DNA of 64,000 bases, taken from positions 7,200,001 to 7,264,000 of the forward strand of contig CBDCXR010000004.1 of the NCBI GenBank assembly GCA_965223845.1, given 5' to 3'. How positions within the stretch are numbered: position 1 is the stretch's first letter; every line of letters begins with the position of its first letter. The translations under genes were made by a program, and so were the position numbers. The DNA comes from Planctomycetota bacterium. Its GTDB lineage: Bacteria > Planctomycetota > UBA8108 > SXIK01. The notes under the pieces were generated by a model. The model was not told the DNA's origin. It was given only the letters and a program-made list of their open reading frames with translations, and did no database searches. Below are positions 37,897-46,202 of this stretch, in pieces.

Positions 37897-39162
37897 CTAG
37901 GTGGGAAGGTGATCGAAGAGCGTGATCCCGAGCGAGCCGAAGAGAAGGATCGGCAACCACGCGGCGAGAATGGGACTGAACAACTCCGAGTTCGTCGCCA
38001 CGTTGAGCGAGATCGTGCTCACGAAGTGGAAGAGCGCGCAGATGAGAAACGCCGCGGCGATGCTGATGAACTGATTCTTCGAGCCGACGTTCAGCACGAA
38101 CGGAATGCCGAGAAGGAGGAGGATGACGTGCGACATCGGAAACGCGAAGTGGTGGTGCAGCTTGACCGCGAGGTGGCGGTGTTGGGATTGTCGCTGGTAC
38201 TGCCTCTTCAGCTCCTTCCACGACAGATAGTAGAAATCGAGCTCGGTCGGATCGCTCGTCTCGAGGTCGAGCGGGACGATCGAGGTCTCGAGCCGCATCC
38301 GGCTCTTCAGCGTCTTTAGCCGCTCGAATCCCGTCTTCGCGTTCGTATTTTGGACGAGAAGCCCGTCGTCGTCCCAGCGCTGGACGGACGCGTCGTGGAG
38401 CAGCCAATGCCCGCCCGCGTGCGCGGAATCAGTATCGGCAGCGCTCCCATCGGGAATCCATTCCATCTGGTGCGCGTCGATGCGCTGCTTCGGCTGACCA
38501 TCGGCGTAGAACTCGAGCACGGACACCCCGCGCGCCACCGAGCTCGTGGGAATGTACTCCCGCACGCGGATGTGATAACCGAACTCGGTGTCCTGGCAGG
38601 CGATCTGCTTGAGCGGCTTGCCGCGTCCGAGATCGAGCGCGGCGCGGATCGGATCCTTGAACTGCGGAATGACGGACTCCTGAAGGAAGTACGTCATGAC
38701 CGTGAATCCGACGGCGAGAACAAAAATCGGCGCACAGACGCGATACACGCTCACGCCCGAGGCTTTGAGCGGCGTAAGCTCGTTCTGACGATGGAGCGTC
38801 GTGAGCGCGAACATCGCCGCACCGAGCGTGATGATCGGACCGAGATAATTCGTATAGATCGTCGGCACCATGGCGAAGTTGTACTTCGCGATCGCGATGA
38901 AGAAGCTCTCGTCTTGCTGGAGGAACCGGTCGAGCTTCGAGAACGCCTCGATCACGATGTAGAGCCCGACGAGCGAGACCGTGCATACGACGTAACCGCT
39001 CAAGAAGAGCCGGGTGACGTAGAGATCGGTCGTCCCGGGAAGTACCCGCCGCACTCTCCCGAAGACGCGCGCGAGTCGACTCGGAGAGCCGCCGCGACGG
39101 GACCGCAGGCGCGAGGCCGGCGCAGTCGATAGGGTGGCGGGCGGCGAACGGTGCTCCGTCAC
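37897..39162 (-). CDS. LptF/LptG family LPS export permease (LptG-like)
   Basis: 3 TM + periplasmic beta-rich domain + 3 TM layout. Motifs NELTPLKASGVS and AAWLP. GTGA overlap with the upstream gene. Confidence 0.85.
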   Translation of the reverse strand: MTEHRSPPATLSTAPASRLRSRRGGSPSRLARVFGRVRRVLPGTTDLYVTRLFLSGYVVCTVSLVGLYIVIEAFSKLDRFLQQDESFFIAIAKYNFAMVPTIYTNYLGPIITLGAAMFALTTLHRQNELTPLKASGVSVYRVCAPIFVLAVGFTVMTYFLQESVIPQFKDPIRAALDLGRGKPLKQIACQDTEFGYHIRVREYIPTSSVARGVSVLEFYADGQPKQRIDAHQMEWIPDGSAADTDSAHAGGHWLLHDASVQRWDDDGLLVQNTNAKTGFERLKTLKSRMRLETSIVPLDLETSDPTELDFYYLSWKELKRQYQRQSQHRHLAVKLHHHFAFPMSHVILLLLGIPFVLNVGSKNQFISIAAAFLICALFHFVSTISLNVATNSELFSPILAAWLPILLFGSLGITLFDHLPT

Positions 39163-40952
39163 TGTTTCACCACGTTTCGTGCGAGATAGATTCCGAGGGC
39201 GAGCACCGCGAGGTTCGGCACGGCGAGGCTCGCGGCGGGAAACCACCCGTTCTCACCGAGGTACACGCCGGTGACGAGCAGGGGATAGAACACCGCGATG
39301 ACCACGAGATTCGAAACGAGAAGGGGCACGAGTCGCCCCCGACCGTAGAGAAGGAGTGCGAGGGATACCCCGACGAGAGGAAAGGTCAGGCACGAGATCG
39401 TAAACGCGAGTCGGCGGTGCCGTTCGGTCTTCGCCGAGTAGAGTTTTTCGGTGAGCGGATACCGCGGCGCCGCGGAGTCGTCATCCTCGCCGCCTCCCTC
39501 CACCCGTTCGCGCGGCGGCGGACGGCCGACCGCAGCCGCCGCGAGCTCTTCGGCCGAGGCAGCGCGGAGCTCGGCGATGTACTCGTCCAGCTCCGGGTGA
39601 GTCCGGTCCTTTAGGCTCGGACGCTTGTGCGTGAAGCGGAGCGGAATGATCACGGTATCCGAGATGCGAAATCCCTGATGAAAGACGCGCGCGACGCGGT
39701 TCGCGCCTGCGACCGTTTCGGGGACCTGCACCGTGACCTCCCGAAGATGGAGGTACACCGAGCCCTGATCGGGAAGGACCTCGAGGTGTCCCTCCTTGGC
39801 GAAGACGGAGACCTCGCTCGGGAGCCCCTGCGGAAGGTGCTCCCTGAGCGCCGGCACGATCGTCGCTCGGTTGCGCGTGTTGAGCGCGATGTGGACTTTC
39901 CGCAGCTCCGTGCCGCGGAACGCACCCACCCACAGCGTGCCTTTGTTGTTGGGGAGGACGAAACGGCGGTTCTCCCCCGAACCGAGGCTCCGAAGCTGCT
40001 CGAGCACGTACTTGTGCACGTTTCGTTTCTCGTAGTGAATCTCCGGAACGACCCAGCCGTTCAAGTACCACGAGACGCCGCTCAAGAGGACGGCAAACAC
40101 GAGCACCGGCGCGAAGATCTGCGCGTGCGAGATTCCATGCGTGCGGAGCGCCGTGATCTCGAGATCGCTCGCCATGCGTCCGATGACGAGCGTCGTCGCA
40201 AAGAGAAACGCGATCGGAATCGAATAGTAGAGCGGATAGGCCGAAGCCTTCGCGATGAGCGGCCAGATGAGACTGATTTGAAGCCCGCTCCGCACCGTCT
40301 GGAACGCGACGAGGCTCGTGTAGACGAGTCCCACCGCGAGATTCGCGAGGATGAAGACTCGCAGAATCTCGATGAAGACGTAACGGTAGACCGTCCACGG
40401 CGCCGGCGGATTCCACCACGAGCGCCGGCGTGTCCGCCGGCGAAACGGCGATTCGTCCGGAAGCGGGCGAAGGCGGCCGATCGGCGCGGGGGCCGGATCG
40501 GTGTGCGTTCCGCGCGGCGAAGAGGCGCGCGGGAGATCGGGTCGCGCAGTGCGGACGCGAGACGATCGGGCGCGAGCCGCTCGGCTGAGCATTCTCTCGT
40601 CGGCGTCGGTTCGCTTCCGCGCTCGCGCATCCGCTCGGTGATCGGCGAGCACCGAGGCCGGTGCGTCGGCCCGCGTCTTCGTCTCGGCCGCCGTCCGCGA
40701 GGCGGCGCCGGGAGCCGCGTTCGTTCGCTGCCCGCCGGTTCGCGCTCGCGGCGTCGCCCGTCGCTTCGCGGTCGCCACGGGCCGCGCGGCGGCGGCATCT
40801 CGCCGCGGTGGCGTCGCGCCTTCGTTCGTCCGTTCGCGCGGCGCCGCTGGCTTCGCTCGGGTCTCCGTCGATCCGCGCGGCGAGGATGGATGGCGTGCGC
40901 GACGCGACCCGCCGGCGGCCTCGTTCGGGCGCTCGCTCTCTCTTCTCTTCAT
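39159..40952 (-). CDS. LptF/LptG family LPS export permease (LptF-like) with a long basic N-terminal extension
   Basis: Motifs YRYVFIE, GRMASDLEITALRTHGIS, E.HRR, RGR and VPNL. GGAGAG lies upstream of ATG40952. Confidence 0.85.
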   Translation of the reverse strand: MKRRESERPNEAAGGSRRARHPSSPRGSTETRAKPAAPRERTNEGATPPRRDAAAARPVATAKRRATPRARTGGQRTNAAPGAASRTAAETKTRADAPASVLADHRADARARKRTDADERMLSRAARARSSRVRTARPDLPRASSPRGTHTDPAPAPIGRLRPLPDESPFRRRTRRRSWWNPPAPWTVYRYVFIEILRVFILANLAVGLVYTSLVAFQTVRSGLQISLIWPLIAKASAYPLYYSIPIAFLFATTLVIGRMASDLEITALRTHGISHAQIFAPVLVFAVLLSGVSWYLNGWVVPEIHYEKRNVHKYVLEQLRSLGSGENRRFVLPNNKGTLWVGAFRGTELRKVHIALNTRNRATIVPALREHLPQGLPSEVSVFAKEGHLEVLPDQGSVYLHLREVTVQVPETVAGANRVARVFHQGFRISDTVIIPLRFTHKRPSLKDRTHPELDEYIAELRAASAEELAAAAVGRPPPRERVEGGGEDDDSAAPRYPLTEKLYSAKTERHRRLAFTISCLTFPLVGVSLALLLYGRGRLVPLLVSNLVVIAVFYPLLVTGVYLGENGWFPAASLAVPNLAVLALGIYLARNVVKQ

Positions 40953-41358
40953 GACGACGTCTCTCCGCAGGGGCCGGACATCGCGAGTGCGCGAACTACT
41001 CCGCGGACGCCGACAACCACTACGACCAACCGTCGCCGTCGCCGCAAACCTCCTCAGCGGCGCTCCCCGACGGGTCGGTGAGTCTCTTCTTTCGCGCTAA
41101 GTGTAGCGGTTCGGTCGGACCTTGGCGACCCGAAACCCTTCGCGTGAGCACCTCGTTCCCGACGGCGCTCATCCTCGGGGATTCTCGAGGGCGAGCGCTC
41201 ACCGGATCGATGGCCGAGCTCGCACTCAGGCGATGGAGGATGGCGGCGCCTCACGACCGAGCCTACAATGCGTCGAGAATCTCCGCGGATTCCGTTCTCG
41301 CCGCGGATGAATCGCGCGCTGCGCGACGTTTTCCCATCGCTCGTTCGAGGGTCTTCCC

Positions 41359-42228
41359 ATGATCGCCGGCCGGCTGCTTCCTTCGTCGTCTCCCCTCGTC
41401 CTCCTTCGGCGTTTGACGCGCGCTCGAGCGTTCCGGCGCTGCGCGGCGGCGTGTTTCGCCGTGCTCCTCCTCGCCGGCTGCGCGGTCGAGCCGATCACGG
41501 GGCGGCGTCAGCTTCACCTTCTGTCGGAGACGAAGGCGAACGAAATGGGCGTATCCGCTTACAGCCAGATGCTCTCCGAAAGCAAGGTCGTGGTGAGCGG
41601 ACCCCAGGCCGACATGGTCCGCCGCGTCGGCGAGCGCATCGCCGCGGTCGTCGACGAGCGCATGAAGAGCGAAGGCCGCGAGCCCTTCCAGTGGGAGTTC
41701 AAGCTGATCGACGACGACGCGATGGTGAACGCGTTCGCCCTCCCCGGGGGAAAGGTCGCCTTCTACACCGGCATCCTCCCGGTTTGTAAGGACGAGAACG
41801 GGCTCGCCGTCGTCATGGGTCACGAAGTTGCGCACGCCTACGGACAACACGGCAACTCGCGCGTCAGCACTCAGGTGCTCTCTCAGTACTCACTCGCTGC
41901 CGTGATGGCCGCGCTCGGCGGCGAGGAGGCGACCGAGACGTCGAAGCTCGCGATCGCGGCGCTCGGCGCCGGCGTTCAGGTCGGCGTGATGTTGCCGTTC
42001 TCGCGGGGTGACGAGTCGGCGGCTGACGAAATCGGGCTCCTGCTCATGGCGGAAGCGGGCTACGACCCGCGCGCGGCGCCGGATTTCTGGCGGCGGATGA
42101 GTGAGATGTCTAGCGGAGGCGCCCCGCCGGAGTTCATGTCGACTCACCCGAGTCACGAAACGCGAATTCGGCAGCTCGAGGAGAATCTGCCGAACGCGAT
42201 TGCGGTCTACGAGCGGTCGAAGCCATAG
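41359..42228 (+). CDS. M48 family metallopeptidase, lipoprotein (YfgC/LoiP-like)
   Basis: Lipobox LLAGC. Motifs PITGRRQL, NAFALPGG, HEVAH, E..AD..G and STHP. The start is uncertain. Confidence 0.9.
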   Translation: MIAGRLLPSSSPLVLLRRLTRARAFRRCAAACFAVLLLAGCAVEPITGRRQLHLLSETKANEMGVSAYSQMLSESKVVVSGPQADMVRRVGERIAAVVDERMKSEGREPFQWEFKLIDDDAMVNAFALPGGKVAFYTGILPVCKDENGLAVVMGHEVAHAYGQHGNSRVSTQVLSQYSLAAVMAALGGEEATETSKLAIAALGAGVQVGVMLPFSRGDESAADEIGLLLMAEAGYDPRAAPDFWRRMSEMSSGGAPPEFMSTHPSHETRIRQLEENLPNAIAVYERSKP

Positions 42229-42244
42229 CCGGGCGCGACGGCGG

Positions 42245-43993
42245 CTACCATCCCGCCGCGCCCCCGCCTCCGCGGCGTCGGTCGACGCCGGCGGTGAGCT
42301 CACGGCGTCCGTCCGGAGTGACGTCGACGAGAATCGCCATCGCCGAACCCTGCGGCGAACCGGTGGGGCGGACGTCGACGCGGTGATCGAGAGCGCGCAG
42401 TGCGCGCAGCGTATCGGGGGAGAACGCACCGCGTTCGGCGAGTATGCGATCCGGTAGCCACTGGTGATGGAAGCGCGCGGCGTCGACGGCTTCCTGGATA
42501 CCGAGTTCGCCGTCGATGACTCCGAGGATGATGAGGAGCACGGTGTTGATGATCGTCCGGCCGCCCGGCGATCCGACGACGAGGCGGACTCGCCCGTCCC
42601 GGAGAACGATCGTCGGGCTCATGCTCGACAGCATCCGCTTCCCCGGCGCGACGAGATTGGCGTCCGTGCCTATGCGGCCGGCCGAGTTCGTGTCTCCGCG
42701 AACGGGGTTGAAGTCGCCCATCTCGTTGTTGAGGAGGAATCCCGCGCCCTCGACGACGATGCCTGAGCCGTAGGAGTATTCCAGAGTCGTCGTCAGCGAG
42801 GCGGCCATTCCGTGGCGATCGACGACCGAGAGGTGCGTCGTCTCGTCGCTTTCGCGCGGCCACTCGAAGGAGTCGGGCGAGGAGACGGAGGCGCGAGAGG
42901 GTGAGATCGATCCTCGAAGCCTCGCGGCGTGCTCGGCGCTCGTCAGCCGCGCGATGTCGACATCGACAAAATCCGGATCGCCGATATGTCGGGCTCGCTC
43001 GGCGAATGCGCGGCGCATCGCTTCGGCGATGCGGTGGACGCCGTCGCTGCCGCGAATGCCGATTTCGCCGAGAGGATATCCCTCGAGGATCTGAAGCATT
43101 TGGATGACGGCGATGCCCCCCGAGCTCGGCGGCCCCATTCCGATGACGCGGTGTCCGCGGTAGCGGCCTTCGACCGGCTTTCGCTCGAGGGCGCGATAGC
43201 TTTCGAGATCGGCGAGCGAGATGAGTCCACCGCGCCGCTCCATCTCGCGTGCGATGAGCCGTGCGGTCTCGCCGCGGTAGAAGCCGCCGGGCCCCTGGTC
43301 CCGAATTCGAGTGAGCGTCGCGGCGAGATCGGGTTGACGGAGCCGGTCGCCCGCCGCGTACGGCGCGCCGTCCCGACTGAACTGCCGGAGCGAAGCCGCG
43401 TAGGGTCGGAGACGAGGGAGCGCCGCTTCGAGGGATGCGGCGAGTGCCGCTGAGATCTCGAAACCGTCCCGGGCGAGATTCACGGCCGGTTCGACGAGCT
43501 CCGCCCAATCGAGTCGACCGAGCCGCTGATGCGCGAGAAAGAGCCCCGCGACACTTCCCGGCACCCCGACGCTGAACGCACTCCCGTGGTGTCGCCGCGC
43601 ATCGTATTTGCCGTCCGGGGCGAACATTGTCTCCGTCGCGCCGCTCGGGGCGCGTTCGCGGAAGTCGAACGTCGTCGCGCTCCCGTCCGGATTTGCGACG
43701 ACGAGGAAGCCGCCGCCGCCGATATTCCCCGCCGTCGGATGCGTGACCGCGAGAGCGAACGCAGTCGCGACGGCGGCGTCGACGGCGTTTCCGCCGCGCC
43801 GAAGCACGTTCTCGCCGACGCGCGAAGCGATCGCGGATTCACTCGTGACGAGCCCGTGACGGTAGGCCGGCGCGAAGACCGGCGACTGACTCTCGACGGC
43901 AAGCGGCGCGAGAACGAGCGCCGCGATGGCCGCGGTGAGGCGGAAGCGTCCGCGGTCGCGCACGCCGCGGAATGAACGGGGCGATCTCTTCAT
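42245..43993 (-). CDS. ggt: Gamma-glutamyltransferase, exported
   Basis: Motifs GGNAVDAA, GNIGGGGF, DFRE, TTHLSVVD (Thr nucleophile), LNNEMGDF, MLSSMSP and GSPGG. Confidence 0.93.
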   Translation of the reverse strand: MKRSPRSFRGVRDRGRFRLTAAIAALVLAPLAVESQSPVFAPAYRHGLVTSESAIASRVGENVLRRGGNAVDAAVATAFALAVTHPTAGNIGGGGFLVVANPDGSATTFDFRERAPSGATETMFAPDGKYDARRHHGSAFSVGVPGSVAGLFLAHQRLGRLDWAELVEPAVNLARDGFEISAALAASLEAALPRLRPYAASLRQFSRDGAPYAAGDRLRQPDLAATLTRIRDQGPGGFYRGETARLIAREMERRGGLISLADLESYRALERKPVEGRYRGHRVIGMGPPSSGGIAVIQMLQILEGYPLGEIGIRGSDGVHRIAEAMRRAFAERARHIGDPDFVDVDIARLTSAEHAARLRGSISPSRASVSSPDSFEWPRESDETTHLSVVDRHGMAASLTTTLEYSYGSGIVVEGAGFLLNNEMGDFNPVRGDTNSAGRIGTDANLVAPGKRMLSSMSPTIVLRDGRVRLVVGSPGGRTIINTVLLIILGVIDGELGIQEAVDAARFHHQWLPDRILAERGAFSPDTLRALRALDHRVDVRPTGSPQGSAMAILVDVTPDGRRELTAGVDRRRGGGGAAGW

Positions 43994-44018
43994 GCGATCT
44001 CTTCCTATGCGACGTCGA

Positions 44019-44312
44019 TCACTCGCAGCGGCACGGAGCGCCGCCGCACTTCGGACAGCCGGAGGCGTACTTCGCGGTCGCCGCCTCCTCGAGATCGACG
44101 CCGGTGAGCGACGCGAGCGTCGAGAGCCACGCGAGCACGTCGGCGAACTCCTCTCGCAGGTTTTCGGGCGGAACTTGATTCGGCCGCGCGATCGCCCGTG
44201 CGAGCTCGCCGAACTCTTCGGCGAACCACATGAACGTCGCCGCGGTGCCGCGTGCGCGGTCGCGTTCGAGGTAGAGCTCCTCGATGCGCTCTTGGAACTC
44301 TCGGATCTGCAT
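44019..44312 (-). CDS. MazG-like nucleotide pyrophosphohydrolase with a C-terminal Cys cluster
   Basis: Motifs EEFGELA, EEFADV and KY..GCPKC...PC.C. Confidence 0.85.
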   Translation of the reverse strand: MQIREFQERIEELYLERDRARGTAATFMWFAEEFGELARAIARPNQVPPENLREEFADVLAWLSTLASLTGVDLEEAATAKYASGCPKCGGAPCRCE

Positions 44313-44558
44313 CGGCCGCCACTCCTCGCTCGTTCGGTGGATTCGCCTTCGTAAGGCGATCCATGATGCCCGCGACACCCGGCGCGAGGAAGGGGTTCGT
44401 GGTAGAGAGTTCGAACGGACGACTCGCCCGTCGCGTTCCTGATGCTCGATCCGGAAGCGGACGGCGAATCGCGTTCGATTCGAGAGACTCTCGTCTGCCT
44501 TGTCGATCCCGGGACGGCCGCCGCGCCGATCTAACCCAAGCCGCCCGATGCGATCAGG

Positions 44559-45935
44559 TCACGCGCGTCCGCGCCGAGCGGGCGCCGGTTCGCCGTTCGG
44601 CGAGCCTCGATCCGGCGAGCGACAGACCGTGATCCGCATCTGCAAGTGTTCGATCAAACTCGAGCACTGCGCCATGAAGATCGCGAAGGCCTGATCGCCG
44701 CGGAGGTCTTCATCCGAGAGCTCCCGGAGCGCGCGAAGCTTTACGTCGATCACCTCTCCGAGCAGCGCCTTCAGCTTCTCCGGATCCTCGACGCCGACCT
44801 GCTCGCCCTCGATGCGAACGGTTTCGTCGAGGAAGGTGTCGAGATAGTCCTTCTGGGCCTGAAGGATCCTGGCGCGCTCGCGCTCCTTGAAGTTTCGCCA
44901 GCCGTTCCAGGCGAGGTAAGCGAGCGCGCCGAGCGCGAAGAGCAGCTCCTTGAACGCCGACAGAGTTTCGACGAGGTTCGCGAGCGTACCGAGGCCGGCG
45001 TAGGGATCGTGATACCGCTGCGCAGCTGAATCGAGCGCTACGAGCGTCGACGGGTAAGCTTCGTGTTTCGGAATGAGAACGGGAATCGCGCTCCGGAGCG
45101 GCGATTCGTAGAGGGCGGCGAGGACTTCCTCGACGAGGCGCGGGCTTGCGGCTTCCGAGACGGCGAGGATCGCTGTCGCTGCGACCGTCGGGACATCGTT
45201 CGGCGGAAGCGCCGGCCCTTCGGCGAACACTCCGCGTGGAATCGTCGCCGGAGTAAACGCCGTATTGCGAATGCAGATCGCCTCGGCGTCGAGGATCGGA
45301 AGCAGTTTGTAGTCTCGACTTTTCAGGGTCTTTTGGAGCGTCGAGTTCAGAAGCCCGGTCGTGACGATCGCACCCTCGAAGTCGCCGCTCTCGAGCGCAG
45401 AGAAGTGCTCTGTCGCGAAGGACGCGGTGTCGAGGGCGTAGTGGTCGACGACGACCTTCGAAGTCTGTCGCATTCCCGACTGTTCCGAACCCACCGCGAC
45501 CACGCGGCCGCTCAGGTCGGTGATCTCGTCGATCCCGAAGCCTCGGCGAGCGAGGACGTGGACCGGTTCGAGGTAGAGCGGCGCGATCGCACGGATCTCC
45601 TCGGCGGGGACGGATCCGCTCTGAAGAAGAGCGAGGTGTACCGCGCCGCTCCGGAGCTTCGCGTGATTCTCCACCGAACCGCTCGTCCGCTCGACGCGCA
45701 CGGAGCTCGCCGTCCGGCGCTCGAGCTCGCGCTTCAGGGACTCGGCGACGGAGTCGTAGAGTCCACCCTCGGCGGCTCCGCAGATTACGATCTCGCGGGG
45801 CAGCTCGTCGCGCGAGGAGAACCAGATCACGACCGCGGCCGCGGCGAAGGCGAGGACGATGACGACGGACCAGCGCCGGATCACCACGGAGCGGGGCTTA
45901 GCGATCGGAGGTTCCGTCACGGGGTCCGGTTCCAT
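44559..45935 (-). CDS. TAXI-family solute-binding protein with N- and C-terminal TM segments
   Basis: Motifs GGLY, TSGSVEN, LALLQ, LYLEPVH and GSEQSG. A second TM (LLFALGALAYLAW) precedes a helical tail. Confidence 0.75.
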   Translation of the reverse strand: MEPDPVTEPPIAKPRSVVIRRWSVVIVLAFAAAAVVIWFSSRDELPREIVICGAAEGGLYDSVAESLKRELERRTASSVRVERTSGSVENHAKLRSGAVHLALLQSGSVPAEEIRAIAPLYLEPVHVLARRGFGIDEITDLSGRVVAVGSEQSGMRQTSKVVVDHYALDTASFATEHFSALESGDFEGAIVTTGLLNSTLQKTLKSRDYKLLPILDAEAICIRNTAFTPATIPRGVFAEGPALPPNDVPTVAATAILAVSEAASPRLVEEVLAALYESPLRSAIPVLIPKHEAYPSTLVALDSAAQRYHDPYAGLGTLANLVETLSAFKELLFALGALAYLAWNGWRNFKERERARILQAQKDYLDTFLDETVRIEGEQVGVEDPEKLKALLGEVIDVKLRALRELSDEDLRGDQAFAIFMAQCSSLIEHLQMRITVCRSPDRGSPNGEPAPARRGRA

Positions 45936-46202
45936 GGCGAAGATCGAAGCCCCTTTCGGTCGAGTTCACGGTCCGTTCGATGCGAGCGCCGAGGCTTGAC
46001 GCAGCCCGATCTCCTGGTGTGAGATCGGCCCTGGCGTTCGCGGTCAGCGAGACGTCGCGAGAGGCCGATTCATTCAAGATTCACCCGTCCTTCGGCGGAA
46101 ACTACCGTCGGTGTCACCCATCGTGCACCGGTTCCCTATCGAGAACAACCGATCAACTGCACGACCGAACGACGCGGTGGGGCGGTTCATCACTTTCGAA
46201 GA

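Noticed and set aside
40949-41055. Val-rich minus-strand mini-ORF (LRRRRRLVVVVVGVRGVV...) after GAGGAGG, resembling an attenuator leader
   Set aside because: The TTG is only about 1 nt from the SD, no terminator follows, and the downstream gene is an LPS permease rather than a branched-chain amino acid gene.
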